The position numbers were made by a program, and so were the translations under genes. From Shigella phage Sf22, in sequence record MF158045: a stretch of DNA of 64,000 nt; one strand, written 5' to 3'. The notes under the pieces were generated by a model that was not told the origin of the DNA, searched no databases, and worked only from the letters and a program-made list of their open reading frames with translations. Of this stretch, positions 56,545-64,000 are shown piece after piece; position 1 is the first letter of the stretch; every line of letters begins with the position of its first letter.

Positions 56545-57015
56545 TTAATCATGTGTCCACACCCCATCGGTATTTGACCAAAGTCGCTGATTATCTGATC
56601 CTCGCCACAGCTTTTTGGTCGGAAGATTTTTCTCATACTTCCCATCAATAATAACATCAACATATTTAAGCATTTCTAGTTGTTTAATATCTTCAAACTT
56701 ATATCCTGTCCACAACCAAATGCTTTTACTGGGATAAAGATTTTTTACTGTTTGAACGATGCAATGAATAACATCTCGGTTATCAGGATAGAGAGGGTCT
56801 CCTCCAGTTATAGTTAATCCTTCTATATAATCATTATTCAAACATTCAATTAATTGCTCTAGTGTTTCACCAGTGAATGGAATACCATTTCTAGCATTCC
56901 ATGTTGATTTATTATAACACCCTTCACATTTATGCAAACAACCTGTAACGAAAAGAACGACCCTGCAACCAGGGCCATTCACAAAATCACAGGGATAAAA
57001 TCTATCGTAATTCAT
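56545..57015 (-). CDS. nrdG: Anaerobic ribonucleotide reductase activating protein NrdG (radical SAM)
   Basis: 156 aa; radical SAM cluster motif CLHKCEGC; overlaps nrdD stop. Confidence 0.9.
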   Translation of the reverse strand: MNYDRFYPCDFVNGPGCRVVLFVTGCLHKCEGCYNKSTWNARNGIPFTGETLEQLIECLNNDYIEGLTITGGDPLYPDNRDVIHCIVQTVKNLYPSKSIWLWTGYKFEDIKQLEMLKYVDVIIDGKYEKNLPTKKLWRGSDNQRLWSNTDGVWTHD

Positions 57016-58829
57016 TGGTGTTTAACCCTATGCATGATTTCTTTATTTTTACCGAGATTAAATCCGCGCTCGTTCGGATTTCCCAAATAACCACATGTTC
57101 TTCTTATGGTATTCATCTTTTTAGGATCAGTTTCTCCACAAATAGAACAAACAAATCCGTTTTCAGTAGGAGTCATTTCATGGGTACTTCCACATGTAAA
57201 ACATTTATCTACTGGCATATTAACACCAAAATAATCTAAATGTTGTGCAGCATAATCCCATACGGCCTCAAGACCTTTTAAGTTATTTTTCATATCAGGA
57301 AGTTCAACATAAGAAATGTGACCACCTGTCGCAATGAAATGATATGGCGCTTCACGAGAAATCTTTTCAAACGGAGTAATATTTTCTTCTACTGAAACAT
57401 GGAAACTGTTAGTGTACCAGCCTTTATCGGTAACATCTTTTACACTTCCATATTTTTCTGTATCAAGTTTACAGAAGCGATAACAAAGGTTTTCAGCAGG
57501 AGTCGAATATAAACTAAAAGCAAATCCAGTTCTTTCAGTCCACTGTTTAAGATGAGCATTCATTTTAGTTAAAATTTCTCGTCCAATATCACGACCGACA
57601 AGAATATTCAATTCGTGAATACCAATGTATCCTAAAGACACTGAACTTCTACCGTTTTTAAATAACTCAATTATGTCGTCATCAGGTTTAAGACGAACCC
57701 CGAATGCACCTTCTTGGTAAAGAATAGGAGCAACAGTAGCTTTAACTCCTTTTAAGGAACTAATTCTACACATCAAAGCTTCAAAACATAAATCCATTCG
57801 TTCATTGAATAATTCAGCAAATTTCTGTTCATTGAACTGTGTTCCAATATAAGAATCTAACGCGATGCGAGGAAGATTCAGTGTTACAACACCAAGATTA
57901 TTACGTCCATCAAGAATTTCATTACCAGTCGAATCTTTCCATACGCTCAAGAAACTACGGCATCCCATCGGAGAAACAGGAACAGATGAACCAGTGATAG
58001 CTTTATTGTTCTTAGCTGAAATAATATCAGGATACATCCTTTTGCTTGCACACTCTAGAGCAAGTTGCTTAATGTCGTAATTCGGATCGTCTTTATAAAG
58101 ATTAACGCCTTCTTCAACGAACATAACAAGCTTAGGGAAAATAGGAGTTATTCCATCACGACCAAGACCTTTAATACGATTTTTCAGAATTGCTTTCTGA
58201 ATCATTCGTTCAGTCCAGTCAGTTCCCGTACCAAATGTAATTGTTACAAAAGGCGTTTGTCCGTTTGAACTAAAGAGAGTATTTACTTCATATTCATAAG
58301 CTTGGAATGCATCGTATACGTCTTTTTCTGTTTTAGATTGAGCATAATTCAACGCATCAGCGATTTGCCATTTTTCTGCATCCTCAATATGTTTTGCATA
58401 GGTGCGTTTAACATAAGGAGAAAGTACTTTATCTACATTCGCAAAAGTCGTTCCGCCATATTGATGGGAAGCAACTTGCGCAGTAATTTGTGCCATAATT
58501 GCAGTAGCAACGCCAATTGATTTAGGAGTTTCAATCTGTGCATTACCAAGCTTAAATCCGTTCTCAAGCATTCCTTTTAAATCTACTAAACAGCAATTAG
58601 TAAATGGAAGAGCAGGGGAATAATCAATATCATGGAAATGAATAATTCCGCTTTCATGCGCTTTCATAATAAAAGACGGGACCATATTTTTGGCAATGTG
58701 TTTAGACACAATACCAGCCATAAGGTCCCGTTGAGTTGGAAAAACACGAGAATCTTTATTAGCATTCTCGTTTAAAAGGTCTTTATTAGTTTTATGAATC
58801 AATCCTTCAATTTCTTTTTCAATTGTCAT
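57012..58829 (-). CDS. nrdD: Anaerobic ribonucleoside-triphosphate reductase NrdD (uninterrupted)
   Basis: 605 aa; C-terminal glycyl-radical motif RTCGYLG and zinc ribbon CFTCG...CSICG; single continuous frame. Confidence 0.95.
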   Translation of the reverse strand: MTIEKEIEGLIHKTNKDLLNENANKDSRVFPTQRDLMAGIVSKHIAKNMVPSFIMKAHESGIIHFHDIDYSPALPFTNCCLVDLKGMLENGFKLGNAQIETPKSIGVATAIMAQITAQVASHQYGGTTFANVDKVLSPYVKRTYAKHIEDAEKWQIADALNYAQSKTEKDVYDAFQAYEYEVNTLFSSNGQTPFVTITFGTGTDWTERMIQKAILKNRIKGLGRDGITPIFPKLVMFVEEGVNLYKDDPNYDIKQLALECASKRMYPDIISAKNNKAITGSSVPVSPMGCRSFLSVWKDSTGNEILDGRNNLGVVTLNLPRIALDSYIGTQFNEQKFAELFNERMDLCFEALMCRISSLKGVKATVAPILYQEGAFGVRLKPDDDIIELFKNGRSSVSLGYIGIHELNILVGRDIGREILTKMNAHLKQWTERTGFAFSLYSTPAENLCYRFCKLDTEKYGSVKDVTDKGWYTNSFHVSVEENITPFEKISREAPYHFIATGGHISYVELPDMKNNLKGLEAVWDYAAQHLDYFGVNMPVDKCFTCGSTHEMTPTENGFVCSICGETDPKKMNTIRRTCGYLGNPNERGFNLGKNKEIMHRVKHQ

Positions 58830-59299
58830 TTTAAACTCTTTCTAAGCTGCTTCTTAAATGAAGCTATTAATTGTGTTTTAGTGTCAGATTCATTATATTC
58901 AAATCCTCTTTGAAGCATCTCAGCCATCATTTCCTCTTTTCCTAAACGAGAAAATTCCTTTGATTTATCTCCAACGAAGTTAGGGTGAATATTATTTTGG
59001 GTGTAATCGGATTTTAAATAAGTAAGTAAATTTTCTAGCCATTCAAGATAATCAACGCCTTGTCCCTTTAAGCCAGAACGATTAAATTTATGCTTCATTT
59101 GACCTTCCGCAGCATTGCAGAGATTACAGAGCAATCCACGTACCTTTCCTGCTTTTGGTCCATTTAATTCATGGTCATGGTCAAGGTGATTAGCTTGAAC
59201 ATCAGGATTTAGTTCTCGTTGGCAAATTAAGCATTTACCGTTTTGTGCATTATAAAATTTTTGTTTTTCTTCTTTATATAATTTGCCAGTCAATAACAT
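58826..59299 (-). CDS. 49: Recombination endonuclease VII gp49
   Basis: 157 aa; MLLTGKLYKEEKQKF...CLICQ...HLDHDH...LCNLCN matches T4 EndoVII as recalled. Confidence 0.9.
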   Translation of the reverse strand: MLLTGKLYKEEKQKFYNAQNGKCLICQRELNPDVQANHLDHDHELNGPKAGKVRGLLCNLCNAAEGQMKHKFNRSGLKGQGVDYLEWLENLLTYLKSDYTQNNIHPNFVGDKSKEFSRLGKEEMMAEMLQRGFEYNESDTKTQLIASFKKQLRKSLK

Positions 59300-59348
59300 A
59301 ATAAAACCCTTACCTTAAATAGATAAGGGTATTTATTATTTTCAAGTA

Positions 59349-59813
59349 TTAAAACGCTCGGTCAGAAAAAGAAATTTGAGTTTCAAGCCATTCAATATAT
59401 TCTGCCGCGGCTTGCATTAAATTTCCTTCATAATCATCAATATCTTTTTTCAACGCCGATTTAGATAATGCATATGAAATTCGTTCACCCTGAAATCCAG
59501 CTTTAGGTTTATGAAGAACTTGATCAATTCGTTCTACAACTTCTTCAATTTCGCCATTTTCTGCGGATTCAGTATTCCACAAGCACCAATACGTAATTGG
59601 CTTATCATAGATGTTAATAATCTTTCCATCAGAAAGTTCAATTTCAATAATTCCAGTATCAGGTTCTATATCATCTTCGCATTCTTTTGCAAGTTCACGA
59701 ACTTTAAAGACAGTACCTGCACTAAGTTCCGGCCAGTAATTACACAGCCCTTTATCAGCACGATTAATTCTAAACCACTTATCTACTGCAATCATGTCCC
59801 ATCTCCATATCAA
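59349..59813 (-). CDS. Hypothetical protein (154 aa), possibly Pin-like by position
   Basis: ORF track; downstream of gene 49 where T4 has pin. Confidence 0.4.
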   Translation of the reverse strand: MIWRWDMIAVDKWFRINRADKGLCNYWPELSAGTVFKVRELAKECEDDIEPDTGIIEIELSDGKIINIYDKPITYWCLWNTESAENGEIEEVVERIDQVLHKPKAGFQGERISYALSKSALKKDIDDYEGNLMQAAAEYIEWLETQISFSDRAF

Positions 59814-59918
59814 TTAAGTCATTTATTGTTGGTTCATTATATACTGTTTCTTCATCAGTGTAAACCGGTTCTTCCGGCTCTGGCTCTACAGTTTCCCATC
59901 TAGCCGCCCACCAGGGTT

Positions 59919-60239
59919 TTATAGCGTAATCCATTCTCGTACTGTCTGAGTTACTACACGTTCATGGGGCTCGACTAGTTCAACAGTCGGAACTGCATAA
60001 TACCAGTCAGAATGATAAGAACCTGACCGAGATTCATTTACAGCCACATGTACATTATGTTTTGGACTAAAGTAAACACACTGACGATATTGACATTTAC
60101 CATCTTGCACCCAGTCTTCTATTTCGACAGGTTTAAGATAATCGGAAAAATCGAAATCATAGTTTTCCGAAAATGCATCATGGTCTTCAATGATTTCGCT
60201 CAGAACTGCATCAACATCTAATTTATTTTCAATAGTCAT
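59919..60239 (-). CDS. Hypothetical protein (106 aa)
   Basis: ORF track. Confidence 0.5.
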   Translation of the reverse strand: MTIENKLDVDAVLSEIIEDHDAFSENYDFDFSDYLKPVEIEDWVQDGKCQYRQCVYFSPKHNVHVAVNESRSGSYHSDWYYAVPTVELVEPHERVVTQTVREWITL

Positions 60240-60422
60240 TTTTCACCAATTAATTTCGCAATTTATTAAGTTCTTCATCATCAATCCAGGATTCTAGTCC
60301 TGATGGCAGGGCACATTCAATTTCCCAAAGAAGTTCTTCAATTTTCTGAAGACGTTCTAGTTCTTCGGCTGGAATAGCAACCATTGACGGAGCTCGTGAT
60401 ACATTAATATCGTAAATCATAT

Positions 60423-60638
60423 TTACCCCAATTTAACCATACAATCGCCGTATTTCCACTTAGAAATAGACTTTTCACCATTAGAATAATAAACTTCGAG
60501 TTTAGCACGATTATTTTTAATTTGAATAACCTTTGCTGTCATCAAAGTTCCATACCCATAATAAACTGCAACTTCATCACCTACATATACCGCGCTTCCA
60601 CGATAATCATGGATATAATCAGTTCCTTCGAACATCAT
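60423..60638 (-). CDS. Hypothetical protein (71 aa)
   Basis: ORF track; 4-nt overlap with nrdC. Confidence 0.5.
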   Translation of the reverse strand: MMFEGTDYIHDYRGSAVYVGDEVAVYYGYGTLMTAKVIQIKNNRAKLEVYYSNGEKSISKWKYGDCMVKLG

Positions 60639-60898
60639 TTAAAGTATTCTCGCAGTTGGTCAAATCCACCAATATGACTTCCATCAGGAGCAAATACCTG
60701 AGGCATTGTCAAGCCGATTTGAGTATCACGACCTAGTTTAGTCAGAAGCTCAGCGATTTTCTCATCATCAAAAACACCTTTTTCCGGCATAATGTTGATA
60801 AATTCAAACGGCTGTTTCTTCACAGTCAAAAGACGTTTTGCATTATCGCAATACACGCATTTATGAATGTTGCTATCATAACCATATACTTTAAACAT
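60635..60898 (-). CDS. nrdC: Thioredoxin/glutaredoxin NrdC
   Basis: 87 aa; redox motif CVYC; matches T4 NrdC as recalled. Confidence 0.85.
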   Translation of the reverse strand: MFKVYGYDSNIHKCVYCDNAKRLLTVKKQPFEFINIMPEKGVFDDEKIAELLTKLGRDTQIGLTMPQVFAPDGSHIGGFDQLREYFK

Positions 60899-60899
60899 A

Positions 60900-61142
60900 T
60901 TATTCCTTAATTCCTAGTACTTGTTTAAAAGTCTCGTCGTAATCAAGACTTTGGCCCGTTTGTTCTTTATGTTTGTATATAATATCACTTACTTCTGATA
61001 GCATATTTTTATATGAACGAGTTAAAGCAGATTTAAGCACGCTGTATCTATCAGGAAATTTACCATGTTCATTATAATAAGCTATTGCTAATTCACGGAC
61101 TGCCTTTTCAGCAGTCTCCATATATTCTTTACGCTTGGTCAT
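60900..61142 (-). CDS. Hypothetical protein (about 80 aa)
   Basis: Internal start [18 protein letters not shown]; the ORF-track 133-aa frame overlaps the upstream ORF. Confidence 0.4.
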
Positions 61143-61446
61143 TTTCTTCTCGGTCAAATCGGTGTTTACAATGGCGACATTTATAACGAAGATTATTAGT
61201 CTGCCAATGGACCAATTGCACCTGTTCAGTTCCACATTCAGGGCAATTAGGAACGTTTTTAGAAGCCCTTTCGCGACGTTCAACCATAGCCATAATAGCA
61301 TCCCATGCTGGAGGTTTAAAGTCTAAATCATCACAACCATGAATCTTTCCACGCATTTCCAGATCGTCTTCTTCACCAGCCATAATAATTTTAATTAGAC
61401 TGGAATTACTTGAAGCTGCAATATCTTCTAATAGACGCTTTTTCAT
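61129..61446 (-). CDS. Zinc-ribbon protein (105 aa)
   Basis: ORF track; C-terminal CPECG...CRHCKH four-Cys pattern. Confidence 0.5.
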
Positions 61447-62372
61447 TTCAATACCTCAATAGCATTACGTAAACCATTTGCTTTTGCATTAAGAGCTTTT
61501 AACAATTTGGTGTGTTCGGCAATCTGGGCTTCAACTTCAATCAAACGGGCATTGAGATATTCACGTTCTTCACTCAGATTATCAACCTTTTCTACTTTAG
61601 GTTCTTTTACAACTGTCTTATATGTATTAGGGTTCTTCAGTTTAATTAGAATGCGTGAACTGTATAACATTGAACCATTATCTTCGGTTTCGTCATACAT
61701 TTCCACTACGTCCATAATTTTTAACATCATGCGGAGTTTATAAGACAACGAACGAATAGTTTTGTTGTGCTTATTAATTTCTTTAGCTGTCATGGTGCCA
61801 AGATTACGTGAGTAATAATAAGGAACCTGGATATTAATTAATACTGATGAACCACCTGGCTTGTGTGTTACTTCATCAGCAATAACCCAGTCCTTAACAT
61901 GAACTGTATTTGTACGGTCATCGCCCGCGGTAAATAGTTTGCGAGCATGCTTAAAAAGCATATTCACTTGGTCATTGAATTGACAAGCAAATTTATCAGC
62001 AAATTTAGTTTCAGGAATGGTAGAAAACCAATCAGCCAAATGAGTCTTTTTAACATCATTAACAATAGTAAATTCAACCAAATCGGTTATAGATGTCTCA
62101 GATTTAATAAAGCTCGGCTTCATAAAGTTTTTAATGTTCTCATGAGCTACAGTAGAAGATAACATACGAGAACGTTTAAACCATTCAAGCAAATTGCCTA
62201 ACGAATGAGAATAAGCGTTTTGAGTATCTTTACAGATATGATTTTCCTGACCAACATATTGAAGGAAATCACGAAGAATATTATTGATTACTGCTCTGTG
62301 CCCGATCTGATAATTACGGTGTTTAGTAATAAGACTGTCAAAATAATCAATATAATGTTTACGAGTTTTCAT
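61443..62372 (-). CDS. Hypothetical protein (309 aa) with C-terminal coiled-coil
   Basis: ORF track; heptad-like C-terminus; nrdC-distal region. Confidence 0.55.
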   Translation of the reverse strand: MKTRKHYIDYFDSLITKHRNYQIGHRAVINNILRDFLQYVGQENHICKDTQNAYSHSLGNLLEWFKRSRMLSSTVAHENIKNFMKPSFIKSETSITDLVEFTIVNDVKKTHLADWFSTIPETKFADKFACQFNDQVNMLFKHARKLFTAGDDRTNTVHVKDWVIADEVTHKPGGSSVLINIQVPYYYSRNLGTMTAKEINKHNKTIRSLSYKLRMMLKIMDVVEMYDETEDNGSMLYSSRILIKLKNPNTYKTVVKEPKVEKVDNLSEEREYLNARLIEVEAQIAEHTKLLKALNAKANGLRNAIEVLK

Positions 62373-62424
62373 ATTCTTCTCACTTGGTTAATGGTTTATA
62401 CTCCGAGCCATCCTTGGCTTTAAA

Positions 62425-63426
62425 TTACTTAATTAACTGTAAAGCTTGTTCAAGACGATCAAGACGATTAACGGATTCTTCCCAAATCTTTTTAGCCTGC
62501 TCATATTCTTTCTGCGCTTTATTAGAAATTTCTAGAACTTCTTTATAAGCTTTTTCTAATGCAATAACTTCTGGACGAATTTCTACCGGTTCAGGTGAAT
62601 CATCAAGACATTCCATTAGTTCCTCAAGGGTAGTTTCTTCTTTAGGAGTATTCACAATTTCATCACATTTTTGTTGGTAAATTTCTTTACTAGTAGGTGA
62701 ATAAGCACATTTCACTTCACGAAGACTAATTACAATTTTATATCCTTCCCATCCGCATATATTCTTAAAAGGATATGTATGAATATTTTCTACTGTTTCC
62801 ATACAAAGTAATGCAGTCTCTAACTGACGAGTTATAGTGCTAGCAATTGAGAAAAATTTATTAATATTCTTTTGGTTAGCGTTTGGTGTAAAAAATCCAT
62901 AATTCACAAAAATAGCTACTTTATTTTCATCAAGCTCATATTCTTTTACGATAATCATATCAGAAGCCAAAGGATGAATTTGACGATAATCGCCATAACA
63001 TAATTTAGAAGCTGATTTTAGAATTTGTCCTTTGAAAAGTCTGAAATTACTAATCCAACGACGAGTAAAAATATTCTCAGGGTCTTCTTTATTATTAAGA
63101 TGATAAGAATTAACATCACCGAACCAATTATATCCTACTACATCTTTGGTTCGTTTAATTTCTTTCCCAAAATTACCAAGAATATCCCGATTAACCAAAT
63201 ATGAAAGAAGACGAGACTCTTTAAAAGTTTTCTTGATAACATCTTTATCTACACGGCTAGAAATTTTACGAATTTCATGAATAAATTTAGTAGAAGAAAC
63301 AATACTTGCATCAACACTATTGAGCCATTGATTGATAATAGAAAGAACGATATTTTGACCAAACATCGGTATAGCTTTATCATCAATAACGCTATTGAAT
63401 GATTTGATATATTCGTTACGAGTCAT
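62425..63426 (-). CDS. Hypothetical protein (333 aa)
   Basis: Start at MTRNEYIKSF preceded by SD GAGGAG and a consensus early promoter; the ORF-track 5-prime extension runs through the promoter. Confidence 0.55.
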   Translation of the reverse strand: MTRNEYIKSFNSVIDDKAIPMFGQNIVLSIINQWLNSVDASIVSSTKFIHEIRKISSRVDKDVIKKTFKESRLLSYLVNRDILGNFGKEIKRTKDVVGYNWFGDVNSYHLNNKEDPENIFTRRWISNFRLFKGQILKSASKLCYGDYRQIHPLASDMIIVKEYELDENKVAIFVNYGFFTPNANQKNINKFFSIASTITRQLETALLCMETVENIHTYPFKNICGWEGYKIVISLREVKCAYSPTSKEIYQQKCDEIVNTPKEETTLEELMECLDDSPEPVEIRPEVIALEKAYKEVLEISNKAQKEYEQAKKIWEESVNRLDRLEQALQLIK

Positions 63427-63454
63427 ATTAATCTCCTCAGTAGAAAGTAAGAAC

Positions 63455-63484
63455 ATTATACCACATCCTTGTGGCAAAGTAAAC
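63455..63484 (-). promoter_or_regulatory. T4-type early promoter upstream of ORF 62425-63426
   Basis: Minus strand GTTTAC, 18 nt, TGgTATAAT; nearly identical to the promoter at 18728-18756. Confidence 0.75.
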
Positions 63485-63948
63485 TAGTTCAGTGCATTTA
63501 GTGCATTGTTCAGTTTAGAACGTTGCTTCGTGAGATTTTTGACTTTTTCTTGTGCTTTTTCTAGCATCTTTTCAGCTTCTAACACTTCATTGGTCGCTTT
63601 AACGAGTTCATCATCTACTGCCTTAAGGGACTTCTCAATCGCATCCGCGTGCCATTTTTCAACAGGTTTAAGACTCGGATTTTCAATAGGAAGAAAATTC
63701 ACTTTATTGAATTTCCATGCATCTTTATTACCTGAACTATACATCCAAAATTTAGGATCATTTGACGAGTAATTAGATAAATTTAAGTTATCTTGCACTT
63801 CCTGCTTTTTCTCTTGCGGGACTTCGTCCTTTCTCAAAAAATCGTATTTAAATGAAACGATCATATCAAGTTCATATGTTGTCGTATCTAATTTAAATCG
63901 TTCGAAATGCGGCGAAATCTTAGATTGAACAGCAGCAACAACATCCAT
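63484..63948 (-). CDS. Hypothetical protein (154 aa) with coiled-coil C-terminus
   Basis: ORF track; in-frame stop upstream of the Met, so it is complete within the window. Confidence 0.5.
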   Translation of the reverse strand: MDVVAAVQSKISPHFERFKLDTTTYELDMIVSFKYDFLRKDEVPQEKKQEVQDNLNLSNYSSNDPKFWMYSSGNKDAWKFNKVNFLPIENPSLKPVEKWHADAIEKSLKAVDDELVKATNEVLEAEKMLEKAQEKVKNLTKQRSKLNNALNALN

Positions 63949-64000
63949 ATACTTAAATGCTTCTGTCAGCTGTGATTTAAGACATTCACAAATTGAAAGA

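Noticed and set aside
56439-56663. 74-aa minus-strand ORF overlapping the nrdG 3-prime region in another frame
   Set aside because: It overlaps the conserved radical-SAM gene nrdG; the non-overlapping 70-aa ORF at 56217-56429 is the more plausible small gene.
1-64000. tRNA, rRNA or other structured RNA genes, and integrase/prophage boundary signals
   Set aside because: I found no cloverleaf-like or rRNA-like stretches by eye; intergenic space is minimal and the T4 tRNA cluster would lie outside this region. A dedicated tRNA scan would be needed to be certain. No integrase or att-like features are present, consistent with a virulent phage.
1-64000. Identification of the sequence as phage T4 itself
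   Set aside because: Gene order and many proteins match T4, but the long gp37 with glycine-rich gp38, the unsplit gene 39, the uninterrupted nrdD and the different glycosyltransferase at the beta-gt locus argue for a T2/T6-like relative.

Overview
The window is a gene-dense, contiguous segment of a T-even (T4-like, Tevenvirinae) bacteriophage genome, spanning the junction that corresponds to the T4 map origin. Positions 1-7891 carry the plus-strand late long-tail-fiber operon (gp34 C-terminus, gp35, gp36, gp37, gp38) and holin t. From 7892 to the end, essentially everything is on the minus strand, in T4 order: asiA, arn, motA, 52, stp, ndd, denB, rIIB, rIIA, fused topoisomerase 39, dexA, dda, srd, modA, modB, soc, 56, 61, sp, dmd, 41, 40, uvsX, a glycosyltransferase, 42, imm, 43, regA, 62, 44, 45, rpbA, 46, 47, a-gt, 55, nrdH, nrdG, nrdD, 49, nrdC, plus many small accessory ORFs. 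Several features point to a T2/T6-type phage rather than T4 itself: gp37 is long (1229 aa) and paired with a glycine-rich gp38 adhesin, the gene 39 product is a single 606-aa protein with no gene 60 split, nrdD is uninterrupted, and a 282-aa glycosyltransferase sits where T4 has beta-gt. Regulatory architecture is readable directly: minus-strand early promoters with GTTTAC at -35 and TATAAT-like -10 elements, MotA-box middle promoters, TATAAATA late promoters, and many stable hairpins with UUCG loops. I did not find a clear-cut new multi-gene system. The most interesting material is in accessory islands of small uncharacterised ORFs (arn-motA, stp-52, ndd-denB, modB-soc, 61-41, nrdC-distal), several tandem paralog sets, a plus-strand ORF and a plus-strand promoter-like element inside the minus-strand early region, and repeated promoter/hairpin cassettes. 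All protein assignments come from my recognition of sequences and synteny, not from database searches.
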